A DNA stretch of 24,000 bases from NCBI GenBank assembly GCA_003989085.1, contig RXIV01000011.1:51588-75587 (forward strand), given 5' to 3'. This document shows positions 1 through 8,232 of the stretch, in pieces. Each line of letters opens with the position of its first letter. Position 1 is the stretch's first letter. Source of the stretch: Candidatus Competibacteraceae bacterium (GTDB taxonomy: Bacteria > Pseudomonadota > Gammaproteobacteria > Competibacterales > Competibacteraceae). Under the pieces are notes generated by a model, which worked only from the letters and a program-made list of their open reading frames with translations, had not been told where the DNA came from and made no database searches. The position numbers and the translations under genes are program-made.

Positions 1-1272
1 TCGCGTACCGCGCCACTGGATGTCGAGTTCGACGGCAAGGCTGCCGCCATCGTAGTGGCCCGCGACATCACTCAGCGCAAACAGACCGAGACCCAGCTTC
101 GGCAAGCGCAGAAAATGCAGGCCATCGGTCAGCTTACCGGCGGTATCGCCCATGATTTCAACAACCTGCTGGCGATTATCATGGGCAATCTGGAACTGCT
201 GCATGAACAGCTAACGGCGCAGCCCCGGCTGCTTGATTTGGCCCAGCAAGCGCTTAAGGCCGTTGATCGGGGCGCTAATCTCAGCCGGCGGTTGCTGGCG
301 TTCGCCCGTCGCCAACCCCTGCTGGCGCAACCGACTGACCTGAATAAGTTGGCGCAGACCATGCTGGATTTGATGCGCCGCACCCTCGGCGCCACCATCC
401 AGGTGGACACGGCGCTGGCCCCGGATCTCTATCAGACACTAGTCGATCCGGGGCAGTTTGAGACCGCTCTGCTCAATCTGGTGATCAACGCCCGTGACGC
501 CATGCCGCACAACGGAAAACTCATCCTAGAAACGGCCAACGTCATCCTCGACCGCGATCATCTGGTCGCTCATCCTGATGTGCGGCCTGGGCCTTACGTC
601 ATGCTGGCGGTCAGCGATTCAGGCGTGGGCATGACCCCGGACCTGCTGGAACATGCCTTTGAACCATTTTTCACTACCAAGGAAGCCAGCAAAGGCAGCG
701 GGCTGGGCTTGAGCATGGTGTATGGCCTGGTCAAACAGTCGGGTGGGCATATCGCTATCTACAGCGAACCCGGCCAGGGCACTACGGTTCGGCTCTATCT
801 ACCGCCACTGTTGCGTCCAACGCTGGCACTGCCGGAAGCGCCGATAGCTGAAGTGATCCCCCAGGGCCAAGGCGAGACCATTCTGGTGGTGGAAGACGAC
901 GCCGATGTCCGCCAATTCGCGGTCAGCGCCTTACGGAACCTGGGTTATGACAGCCGCCAAGCGGGCGACGCCGAAACGGCGCTCCGGGTTTTGGAAACGA
1001 CCCCTGAAATCGATCTGTTGTTCACCGACATCGTATTGCCCGGAGGAATGGATGGCGTGGGGCTGGCGGCTGAAGTCCAGCGCCGTTATGTCGGCCTGCC
1101 AATCCTGTTCACCTCTGGTTACACCGAACACACCCTAGTCGGTGGTGGCCAGTTGGTCGATGGGGTCGAGGTGCTGACCAAGCCATATCGAAAGGTGGAG
1201 TTGGCCGGCAAGCTGCGGGCATTGCTGAACCGGCGGCCCGAGACCAAGATCCGCTCAGAATCCCGTGCTTGA
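1..1272 (+). CDS. Hybrid sensor histidine kinase / response regulator (5' end lies outside the window)
   Basis: Frame 1 is open from base 1 (..AAIVVARDITQRK, the tail of a PAS-like module), so the track start at GTG 55 is internal. H-box GGIAHDFNNLL; HATPase_c motifs (NLVINARDAM, DSGVGM, GSGLGLS); C-terminal receiver domain (ILVVEDD, DLLFTDIVLPGGMDG, LTKPY). Stop TGA 1270-1272. Confidence 0.9.
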   Translation, partial: SRTAPLDVEFDGKAAAIVVARDITQRKQTETQLRQAQKMQAIGQLTGGIAHDFNNLLAIIMGNLELLHEQLTAQPRLLDLAQQALKAVDRGANLSRRLLAFARRQPLLAQPTDLNKLAQTMLDLMRRTLGATIQVDTALAPDLYQTLVDPGQFETALLNLVINARDAMPHNGKLILETANVILDRDHLVAHPDVRPGPYVMLAVSDSGVGMTPDLLEHAFEPFFTTKEASKGSGLGLSMVYGLVKQSGGHIAIYSEPGQGTTVRLYLPPLLRPTLALPEAPIAEVIPQGQGETILVVEDDADVRQFAVSALRNLGYDSRQAGDAETALRVLETTPEIDLLFTDIVLPGGMDGVGLAAEVQRRYVGLPILFTSGYTEHTLVGGGQLVDGVEVLTKPYRKVELAGKLRALLNRRPETKIRSESRA

Positions 1273-1279
1273 CCAAGGA

Positions 1280-1308
1280 TTGGCTTGGGCGCAGTGGCTG
1301 GTTATTAT
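1280..1308 (+). promoter_or_regulatory. Candidate sigma70 promoter for aqpZ
   Basis: TTGGCT (1280-1285), a 17 bp spacer, then TATTAT (1303-1308), about 50 bp upstream of the aqpZ ATG. AAGGA Shine-Dalgarno at 1344-1348. Found by eye only. Confidence 0.3.
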
Positions 1309-1356
1309 GCGCCACGCTCATGACTCAATTCCACTAAATTACTAAGGAAATTTGAT

Positions 1357-2082
1357 ATGCCTCTGACCAACCGTCTCGCCGCTGAATTCATCGGCACCCT
1401 CTGGCTAGTGCTGGGCGGCTGTGGTAGTGCTGTGCTGGCCGCCGCTTTTCCCAGTGGCGATCCCACCAATCCTTTCGGCATCGCTTTCGTCGGTGTGTCG
1501 CTGGCTTTTGGCTTGACCGTACTGACTATGGCTTATGCCATCGGCCACATTTCCGGCTGCCATCTGAACCCAGCCGTTTCGGTAGGATTATGGGCGGGCG
1601 GGCGCTTTCCGGCGTCTGACCTAGTACCCTACATCATCGCCCAAGTGCTAGGCGGTCTGGCCGGCGCCACTATCATCTACCTGATCGCGACCGGTAAACC
1701 GGGTTTTGACGTGGTGGCGAGCGGCTTTGCCGCCAATGGTTTTGGTGAACACTCGCCGGGCAAGTACGGGCTGAACGCTGCGATCGTCTCTGAAATCGTG
1801 ATGACCTTCATGTTCCTGATCGTGATTCTCGGCTCAACCCACAAGAACACCCCGACCGGATTTGCGCCGATTGCCATTGGCCTGTGCCTGACGCTGATTC
1901 ATCTGATCAGCATCCCGGTCACTAATACTTCGGTTAATCCGGCTCGCAGTACCAGTCAGGCGATCTTTGTCGGTGGCTGGGCTTTGCAGCAACTGTGGCT
2001 GTTCTGGGTAATGCCGATCGTCGGCGCCGCCGCTGCCGGCTTCTTCCATCGCTGGATGGCGAGCGACCATCCATCCGCTTGA
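1357..2082 (+). CDS. aqpZ: Aquaporin Z (MIP-family water channel)
   Basis: 241 aa with six predicted TM segments and both NPA boxes (HLNPAVS, SVNPARS). Long stretches are collinear with E. coli AqpZ as I remember it ([54 protein letters not shown]). Confidence 0.95.
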   Translation: MPLTNRLAAEFIGTLWLVLGGCGSAVLAAAFPSGDPTNPFGIAFVGVSLAFGLTVLTMAYAIGHISGCHLNPAVSVGLWAGGRFPASDLVPYIIAQVLGGLAGATIIYLIATGKPGFDVVASGFAANGFGEHSPGKYGLNAAIVSEIVMTFMFLIVILGSTHKNTPTGFAPIAIGLCLTLIHLISIPVTNTSVNPARSTSQAIFVGGWALQQLWLFWVMPIVGAAAAGFFHRWMASDHPSA

Positions 2083-2092
2083 TCCGGTAGAT

Positions 2093-2123
2093 GACGCCGG
2101 GTGCTTTCCTCGCACCCGGCGTC
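2093..2123. terminator. Strong GC-rich hairpin between convergent aqpZ and the DUF3047 gene (possible bidirectional terminator)
   Basis: GACGCCGGGTGC (2093-2104) pairs perfectly with GCACCCGGCGTC (2112-2123) around a 7-nt loop TTTCCTC. A T:A pair at 2092/2124 extends the stem to 13 bp. No clear U-tract on either strand, so intrinsic-terminator status is uncertain. Confidence 0.5.
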
Positions 2124-2130
2124 AGCCCCC

Positions 2131-2778
2131 TTACCGCGCCGTGAAATAAATATCACCGTACCAAGCGGCAGCGCGCTGACCACTGTTGTCGGTGTCAGTC
2201 ATCAGCGCCACGGCGTCCACAGCATCAATCTCCTCGCCAAACAGTTGCCGGAAGTCGACGCGGATATCGCGTTTCTCGCTGACCCAATGGCCGGCGTCCC
2301 TGGTTCCAGACCGTAACGCCATCACCCGGGCGTTGCTGGTAAAAGCGTTATTCCAGGTGGCCCCCACCGGCTGATTGCTGGACCAGACATAAATCAGCGA
2401 GCGGGTTTTCCAGAACGCCGCCCCACCGGAGACGACTATGTAGACCCGGGCTGGATAATCATCTCCGGCCTTGCTCCGCTCATCCACACCGTCCAGCACC
2501 TGATCGACCCGCCAGGACCAGTTCAGCCAGGGAGTACGGTTCAAATCGACCCGGATTTCCCGGTACAACCCGGACGCCGCCCCTTGGCTATCCGCAAACA
2601 GCGCCCGCCGCCCACTTTTATCGTCAATGCCATAGCGGGTTTCGCCCTTGAAAACTTTGGTCTGCCAGTCCGTCATCTCGCCGGCGGAAAACCGACCCAT
2701 CATGACCGATTCATCCGCTGCGCCCGCACCACTGGCAACCGCCAGCAGCACTGCACTCAACAGGGTTGGGTAGCTCAT
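2131..2778 (-). CDS. Periplasmic DUF3047 domain protein
   Basis: 215 aa. Sec signal peptide (MSYPTLLSAVLLAVASGAGA/ADES). Motifs I associate with Pfam DUF3047 (GDDYPARVYIVV, LMTDTDNSG, WYGDIYF). ATG at 2778 overlaps the stop of the upstream lipoprotein gene (ATGA, 4-bp overlap). Confidence 0.8.
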   Translation of the reverse strand: MSYPTLLSAVLLAVASGAGAADESVMMGRFSAGEMTDWQTKVFKGETRYGIDDKSGRRALFADSQGAASGLYREIRVDLNRTPWLNWSWRVDQVLDGVDERSKAGDDYPARVYIVVSGGAAFWKTRSLIYVWSSNQPVGATWNNAFTSNARVMALRSGTRDAGHWVSEKRDIRVDFRQLFGEEIDAVDAVALMTDTDNSGQRAAAWYGDIYFTAR

Positions 2779-4250
2779 GGTTGCTCCCTGACCGGTGTGA
2801 ACAGCCGGTCCAGCAAATCCGCATCATCAAAATGGCGTTGCCCCACGAAGGCAATCGCGTGTCGCCCCTGTTCGCGCATGGTGCCGGGCGAGGGAACGCC
2901 TGTCGGCCACAACAGCCAGCGCTCGGCCCGCTCGCTGCCCTCTACCAGCCCATCTGGCCCGAACAGGCTGCGTCGTCCGCCGCCCTCCACGGCCGCCGCA
3001 TACAGCATTGCGTAATCACGCGACGGTAGAATAGTCACCGCGCCCGGCTGGTCGCCGTAGACCCGTTGCAGCGAGTGACTACCGGAAGCCAGCCGGAGGA
3101 TTATCCGCTCACCCGGTTTGGGAATGGGCGCGGGTTGTGGCGCTAACGGGGGTTCGGCCCAATCCGCTGTTTCCGGCCTCAACCGCAAAGCCGGCCCCGG
3201 AAACAACAGGTGATAACAGCCACAGGGATGAATGCTGTCGTAGAGCAGGGGCTGGCCCGACTGATCCAGCGTCACCCGCCACAACATCCCATCCAACGGC
3301 CCGCCCAACAGATCGAATGCTCCGGTTTGCGGGCGGGCAGCGAACCAAACGAGGTAGTTCAGTTGCAGCACTGGTTCACCGCGCCAGCGAGTATAAGAGA
3401 CCGAGCGATAGACTACCGGTTCGCCAAGATTGACCGTCGGGATGCCATCAGCCCGCCAGTACGGGGTTCCAGGCTGGTCGGCATCACTGGCGACGTCAAT
3501 TTCCCAGATTGGCGCATGAGCCGCGAACAGGAGTTCCAGTTGTGCCGGTGTGGGTTCAGGAATGCCGAGCGCATCGCGGGGCAAGGCGGCGAAATCGGGG
3601 ACATCGGGCTGTTCAGGAGAACCATAGCGGCGCAATTCACCCTGAATCGGCAGTTCCGCCAGTGGTTGCGCGAACCAGGCGCGGGTTTCTGCCTGATAGC
3701 GGAATACCCCGAAATCCACCGGCAACATGGTCAGCGGATACAGTCCCACCACCTGATTCACAGTCAGGTATTCATCCGCGACTTGCGCCCGCGCCCGGAT
3801 CAGCGCCAGCCGTTCCTGATCGTGCAGATCAATAGCGCGCAGCGTAGCCGCACAACGCTCCAGCCGGGTGAGCATTCCGGTCCCCGGCGCATGACGGCGG
3901 TTTAACTCGGATTGAATCACGACCGGCAGCGAATTCCACTCCACTTGCCGGGCAGCCTGATCCAGCCGGTTCAGGCGTGTCAACCAAGCAGCAGTTGCAA
4001 CCGGGTTCATGGGTTGATTGCGGTAGCCCGCCAGAAAACGATCCACCCGCAGGTAGGGAAATCCGGCGATCCGGACCGGCGAGGATGGTGTAGTTCCCGC
4101 TGCCGCGACAGCGGTATCCAATGCGGCGTAAGCCTCCAGACAGTGTGCGGCGGCAGAATCCGCGGGTAGGCTGGGCGGATTCAGGGCGCAGCCGGCCAAC
4201 ATTGCCACCACTAATAAAAGTATGGGCAAGAACCACCGCAGTACATTCAT
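2775..4250 (-). CDS. Uncharacterised lipoprotein (491 aa), no family recognised
   Basis: Track ORF 2775-4421 trimmed to ATG 4250, which has GAGG 8-11 nt upstream. This gives MNVLRWFLPILLLVVAMLAGC, a textbook lipobox (LAG|C). The 57 codons upstream are basic and low-complexity, and would run into the divergent gene's ribosome-binding region. Conserved-looking IHPCGCYH and GRHAIAFVGQRHFDD segments. Confidence 0.75.
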   Translation of the reverse strand: MNVLRWFLPILLLVVAMLAGCALNPPSLPADSAAAHCLEAYAALDTAVAAAGTTPSSPVRIAGFPYLRVDRFLAGYRNQPMNPVATAAWLTRLNRLDQAARQVEWNSLPVVIQSELNRRHAPGTGMLTRLERCAATLRAIDLHDQERLALIRARAQVADEYLTVNQVVGLYPLTMLPVDFGVFRYQAETRAWFAQPLAELPIQGELRRYGSPEQPDVPDFAALPRDALGIPEPTPAQLELLFAAHAPIWEIDVASDADQPGTPYWRADGIPTVNLGEPVVYRSVSYTRWRGEPVLQLNYLVWFAARPQTGAFDLLGGPLDGMLWRVTLDQSGQPLLYDSIHPCGCYHLLFPGPALRLRPETADWAEPPLAPQPAPIPKPGERIILRLASGSHSLQRVYGDQPGAVTILPSRDYAMLYAAAVEGGGRRSLFGPDGLVEGSERAERWLLWPTGVPSPGTMREQGRHAIAFVGQRHFDDADLLDRLFTPVREQP

Positions 4251-4273
4251 CGTATTCGCCTCGTGTATTCTCG

Positions 4274-4297
4274 ATCCCAAAATCCCACCCAATCCCA
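4274..4297. promoter_or_regulatory. Three direct copies of ATCCCA in the 60-bp divergent control region
   Basis: ATCCCA at 4274-4279, 4282-4287 and 4292-4297 (starts 8 and 10 bp apart). They lie between the lipoprotein ATG (4250, minus) and the glycosyltransferase ATG (4311, plus). Candidate regulator-binding site; no known motif recognised. Confidence 0.3.
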
Positions 4298-4310
4298 ATT
4301 TGGAGAAACC

Positions 4311-5396
4311 ATGCGGGTTCATCTGCTCTCGACGGCGGTTGCGCCGCTCGGTTCCGGGCTGGGCGGCGGTGTGGAAACGATGGTCATCAACGCCGCTTCC
4401 CAGTTGCAGACTCTTGGCCATGTGGTACAGATCATTGCGCCGATAGGTTCAGTCGCCGCCGAGGTGACAGTGATTACCCTGCCGGGCCGGTTGGCGCCGA
4501 CTGCGGTGGGATGTGGCTACGACGCGCCGGCTACCCTCCAATCTGACGCCTTTCTGGCCCAAGCTCTGCGCTGGCTGGCTGAACAGGCCCGTTCCGGCGA
4601 TGTCATTCTGAACTTCTCGTATGACTGGCTGCCGCTGTTTCTGAGCGATTTCTTACCTTGCCCATTAGGAACGCTGATCAGCATGGGTTCGCTCAATCGC
4701 TCGCTGGATGAGGAAATCCGCCGCCTCGCCGCCGGGCATCCTGAACGGCTGGCTTTCCTCAGCACGGCTCAAGCTGCCAGTTTCGATCTAAATGCGCCGA
4801 TCCGCCGGATTCCGCCAGGGCTGGATTTGGCCCGATATCGCTACAATGCCCATCCTGGCCGCAACTTATGCTGGCTGGGGCGCATTGCGCCGGAAAAAGG
4901 GCTGGAAGACGCCTTCATCTTCGCTGCCCGCACCGGCCATGCCGTCACCGTGTTGGGCGTCCTGCAAGATCGCGACTACTGGGAACACTTGGTGCAAGGT
5001 TATCCCAAAGCCCCGGTTGATTATGGTGGCTTCCTGCGCCTGCCGGCGCTGGCTGAAGCGGTCGGGCAATTCCAGGCGCTGCTGATGACCCCGAAATGGC
5101 TGGAAGCATTTGGCATTGTTGGCATCGAGGCGCTGGCCTGCGGGACGCCCATCATCGCTTACCGGCGTGGCGGAATCAGCGATTATGTATTGGACGGAAT
5201 CACCGGTTGGCTGGTGGAACCGGACGATCTGGACGGACTCTGCGCGGCGGTAGCGCGAATGGGCCAGATTAACCGGAACGCCTGCCGGGCGCAGGTGGAA
5301 CAGGGCTATACCTTGGTGCAGTATGGGGCGGCGCTAGTGGACTGGTTGCGGACGATGACAGCAGGAACAGAACACTCAACAGGGGATGCAGGATGA
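4311..5396 (+). CDS. GT-B (GT4-like) glycosyltransferase, candidate pteridine glycosyltransferase (BGluT/PgtA-like)
   Basis: Track ORF trimmed to ATG 4311 (GGAGA at 4302-4306). 361 aa. The N-terminus MRVHLLSTAVAPLGSGLGGGVE resembles what I recall of cyanobacterial UDP-glucose:tetrahydrobiopterin glucosyltransferase. C-terminal retaining-GT motif EAFGIVGIEALACGTP. The stop overlaps the start of the next, PTPS-fold gene (ATGA at 5393-5396). Confidence 0.7.
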   Translation: MRVHLLSTAVAPLGSGLGGGVETMVINAASQLQTLGHVVQIIAPIGSVAAEVTVITLPGRLAPTAVGCGYDAPATLQSDAFLAQALRWLAEQARSGDVILNFSYDWLPLFLSDFLPCPLGTLISMGSLNRSLDEEIRRLAAGHPERLAFLSTAQAASFDLNAPIRRIPPGLDLARYRYNAHPGRNLCWLGRIAPEKGLEDAFIFAARTGHAVTVLGVLQDRDYWEHLVQGYPKAPVDYGGFLRLPALAEAVGQFQALLMTPKWLEAFGIVGIEALACGTPIIAYRRGGISDYVLDGITGWLVEPDDLDGLCAAVARMGQINRNACRAQVEQGYTLVQYGAALVDWLRTMTAGTEHSTGDAG

Positions 5397-5917
5397 CGGG
5401 GCAGAATGGACAGCAGCAGTGGCTGATTCACATCCGCAAGGATCATCTCAAATTCGCGGCGGCGCATATGACCGTGTTCCCCGACGGCGGCAAGGAAAGC
5501 CTGCACGGGCATAACTATCAGGTTGAGCTGACGGTGGAACTGACTGAACCGGCGCTGGCGCGGATGCTCAGTTACGAGGTTTTTAAACAGGCGTTAAAGA
5601 CCGTGTGCCGCGCTTGGGATGAGAAAGTGCTGATCGCCGCCGACAATCCGTGGCTGAAATGGCTGCCTGCCGAGGCCGACGAGTACGCCTTCCGGCTATG
5701 TGGCAAACGCTATGTGCTGCCGGCGGATGAAGTAGCGATGTTGGAGGTAGACAACATCAGCGCTGAAAATCTGGCCCGGCTGCTGTTTGAGCGGTTCTGG
5801 GCGGAACTGACTACCGACCGCGCCGTGCCGTGGCGGGAACGGATTATCGCCGTCAGTTTGCGGATTGATGAATCACGCGGACAGGGCGCGACTTACGCGA
5901 TTCGGTTCAAGAATTGA
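5393..5917 (+). CDS. 6-pyruvoyl-tetrahydropterin synthase / QueD-fold protein, non-canonical (paralog A)
   Basis: 174 aa. COG0720-type motifs FAAAH and LHGHNYQVELTVEL (zinc His triad present). The Cys of the CxxxHGH motif is Lys here (GKESLHGH). AGGGGA SD upstream; ATGA coupling to the preceding glycosyltransferase. Confidence 0.8.
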   Translation: MTGQNGQQQWLIHIRKDHLKFAAAHMTVFPDGGKESLHGHNYQVELTVELTEPALARMLSYEVFKQALKTVCRAWDEKVLIAADNPWLKWLPAEADEYAFRLCGKRYVLPADEVAMLEVDNISAENLARLLFERFWAELTTDRAVPWRERIIAVSLRIDESRGQGATYAIRFKN

Positions 5918-6713
5918 CGGTGGCGAACAGGTCCCAGTGGCCGACCACCAGCCGCGAATCACCTTGCTCAATGAGATGCTCGCGCTGCTTGGCCCAAATC
6001 CGCAGCCAGTCTGCCGGCTCTGGCGTTATTTCCCGCACCGCCGCTGCCCATCCGCTCAGTAGCGCATACTGCAACGAGGCGTGTTCCGGCCCCAGCTGCC
6101 ACGGGCTTGGCTGCAATTCCACCTGATAACCCCGCTCTTCCAACATCGCCGCCAGCATCGGAGCCGCGTCAGGACCCAGCGCCGGGCCAAACCCCTTATC
6201 CGTGTGTTGATGACGATTGATCAATTTGCACACTCGATCATCGCCGGCCAGCGCCGGTTCCCAGTGGATCGTCCCATCGTAACTCAACACGATGAAGACC
6301 GCTGCCTGCCAGGTCTGACATCGCCGGGCCAACCGCGCCAGCCCGTCGGTCGAAATCAGATCCAGCAGCGCCGAGGCTGTCACCAGTTGCACCTGCGGAA
6401 TATCCAGCCTTTCCCACGATCCTGCTAAATCCAGACAGATCGTTTCCAGTTGGAACGGGCCGGGGCAATCCGGGAACGGGGCGATTCGCGCCAGCAGTCC
6501 CGGATCATGATCAATCAGCCGCCAGTGCTGGCCGCCACCGAGCAACGGCGCTAGAAAGCGGCCATTGGCTCCGGCGCCACTGCCCAAATCCAGCACCGAC
6601 AAGTGGCCTTGTCCCCGCCGCCAGTCGCACAACCGGGCGGTGAGTTCCTGGTTGCGGGAGGCGGCGTCCACCGGTTCGCGCAACGCCAGCCAGTCGGCGG
6701 AAAAACGACCCAT
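5907..6713 (-). CDS. Class I SAM-dependent methyltransferase
   Basis: 268 aa. SAM-binding motif I VLDLGSGAGANG followed by an acidic motif II (WRLIDHD). Starts 6 bp after the stop of the upstream glycosyltransferase. Its 3' end overlaps the convergent PTPS-A gene by 11 bp. Confidence 0.8.
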   Translation of the reverse strand: MGRFSADWLALREPVDAASRNQELTARLCDWRRGQGHLSVLDLGSGAGANGRFLAPLLGGGQHWRLIDHDPGLLARIAPFPDCPGPFQLETICLDLAGSWERLDIPQVQLVTASALLDLISTDGLARLARRCQTWQAAVFIVLSYDGTIHWEPALAGDDRVCKLINRHQHTDKGFGPALGPDAAPMLAAMLEERGYQVELQPSPWQLGPEHASLQYALLSGWAAAVREITPEPADWLRIWAKQREHLIEQGDSRLVVGHWDLFATVNS

Positions 6714-6719
6714 TGCGAT

Positions 6720-7769
6720 TTACGCCCGCACGGCTTCAAGCGCCGCCGCAAACCGGGTGCAGGCTTGCGGCCAGTCGGGCAAGGTGTGTCGGGCAGCCCG
6801 CGCTCCAGCAGCCAGTTTCCGCCGCAGTTCCGGTTCATCCAGCACCCGCGCCAGCGCTTCGGTCAGCGCCGCGACATCCCCTGGCGGCACCAGCAAACCT
6901 GCGTCTGCTGGCACAGTGTCGGGAATCGCCCCAGCCGTGGTGCTCAGGATTGGCAAACCCCGCGCCAGCGCCTCCGCCAGCACCATGCCATAACCTTCGT
7001 GGAAAGACGGCAGTACGAAAGCATCCGCCTGCTGGTAAGCAGACTCCAGCGCCTCATGATCCAGTTCTCCCAGTAATTCAATCCGATCCGTCAACCCTAA
7101 TTCCCCAATCAGCGCCTGCAAACTGGCCGACGTGACGGGATCAAACACTAGACTTCCGGCGCAGCGCAGTCGCCATTCATACTGTTTCAGCCGGGCCAAA
7201 GCGTGAAACAGCACGGCATGGCCTTTGCGTGGGGTCAGGCTGGCAACGCATAACAACACCAGCTCCGTACCCACCGAACCGCTCGCCAATGACGCGGGAT
7301 CGGTACCCGGCAAAACGACGGCGCAATGTTCCGACGCCACCGCGTAATCGGCCAGCGCCTGCGCCGTGCTGGGACTGGTGACGATAACCTGTCGGACATG
7401 GCATAACGCCTCGCGCTCGCTGGCGTAAAACTGTTGCCGCTGCCGCCCGTCCAGCCCGGTTTCCAGCGCCAGCGGGTGATGCACCAGCCCGACCAACCGC
7501 AACCGCCGCCCGTGAGCTGCCGCGACGGCAGGCATTGCGCCCAGCGCCAGCCCATCGATCACCACCCGCGCCTGATTCGGCAACGCCGCCAACACCGCCT
7601 CCGCCTCCAGCAAGGCGCTTGCATCCGGATAGGGAAAGGTCGCGCTCAACCGATGCCTTTCGACTTGCCAACCCAAGCTTCCCAAGCCGTCCATAATCCG
7701 GCGGTCGTAGCGATAGCCGCCGGTGCGGGTATCGGGATCGCCAGGAATCAGGAAATAAACCACTTTCAC
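6720..7769 (-). CDS. Glycosyltransferase family 4/1 (GT-B)
   Basis: C-terminal [16 protein letters not shown] (E-x7-E) and a GT-B layout. I prefer the GTG at 7769 as start: it overlaps the stop of the upstream PTPS-B gene as GTGA and gives [24 protein letters not shown]. The track start at 7796 would overlap PTPS-B by 31 bp. 349 aa with the preferred start. Confidence 0.75.
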   Translation of the reverse strand: MKVVYFLIPGDPDTRTGGYRYDRRIMDGLGSLGWQVERHRLSATFPYPDASALLEAEAVLAALPNQARVVIDGLALGAMPAVAAAHGRRLRLVGLVHHPLALETGLDGRQRQQFYASEREALCHVRQVIVTSPSTAQALADYAVASEHCAVVLPGTDPASLASGSVGTELVLLCVASLTPRKGHAVLFHALARLKQYEWRLRCAGSLVFDPVTSASLQALIGELGLTDRIELLGELDHEALESAYQQADAFVLPSFHEGYGMVLAEALARGLPILSTTAGAIPDTVPADAGLLVPPGDVAALTEALARVLDEPELRRKLAAGARAARHTLPDWPQACTRFAAALEAVRA

Positions 7770-8167
7770 GGCAACGATCCCTCGTAAGACGCCCAAGCGA
7801 CGTGCGATTCATGCAAGGTAACGCGCATCGAACTGAGGCCAGCAGCGCCAGTTCCCAATTGACCATCCTCAATCCACATCGCGATGCGATCAAAAATCAC
7901 CCGCGCCAGCGCCTCGGTGGTGGTGTTGTGCCCAATAAATTGCGGCAGCTCGTCAAGATTGCGGTAATTCAGCTCATCCAGTGCGGCCCGCAAAGCGTCG
8001 CTGAGCTTGCCAATATCCACCACCACGCCGTCCGGGTCCAGTTCGGGCCGGCGCAGCTCCACGTCAACAACATAGGTTGCGCCGTGCAGGCGCTGGGCAG
8101 GGCCGAAGGTTTCGCCCCGAAAACTATGGGCGATCATGAAATGATCGCGGACGCAAATGGCATACAT
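7766..8167 (-). CDS. 6-pyruvoyl-tetrahydropterin synthase / QueD-fold protein, degenerate active site (paralog B)
   Basis: 133 aa. [29 protein letters not shown] has the COG0720 layout, but the HGH motif reads HGA and there is no Cys at -4 (AQRLHGA). AAGGA SD upstream of ATG 8167. Confidence 0.8.
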   Translation of the reverse strand: MYAICVRDHFMIAHSFRGETFGPAQRLHGATYVVDVELRRPELDPDGVVVDIGKLSDALRAALDELNYRNLDELPQFIGHNTTTEALARVIFDRIAMWIEDGQLGTGAAGLSSMRVTLHESHVAWASYEGSLP

Positions 8168-8232
8168 GGCGGATTCCTTATGGGTTGCTCATGGAGCATT
8201 GAGACGTTGAGCCAGTACGCAAGATCAGCGCA

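Noticed and set aside
3210-3905. 231-aa plus-strand ORF antisense to the lipoprotein gene
   Set aside because: No recognisable domain, Arg/Gln/Pro-rich composition, no SD. The minus-strand frame has a lipobox start and is coupled to the DUF3047 gene.
4251-4421. N-terminal 57-codon extension of the lipoprotein ORF (track start 4421)
   Set aside because: The extension would overlap the divergent glycosyltransferase gene and its SD, and it is basic and low-complexity. The internal ATG 4250 has an SD and gives a canonical lipoprotein signal peptide.
7177-7893. 238-aa ORF on the minus strand (plus several others at 6565-7135, 7235-7555, 7434-7787) overlapping the GT4 gene
   Set aside because: These are alternate-frame shadow ORFs in very GC-rich DNA. 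The products are Arg/Gly/Ala/Pro-rich and low-complexity with no motifs. The region is fully explained by the glycosyltransferase frame, which has clear GT-B motifs.
5393-8167. Annotating the two PTPS-fold genes as QueD (queuosine biosynthesis)
   Set aside because: Both lack the Cys of CxxxHGH, and paralog B also lacks one zinc His. No queC/queE/folE is nearby. Both are coupled to glycosyltransferases instead.
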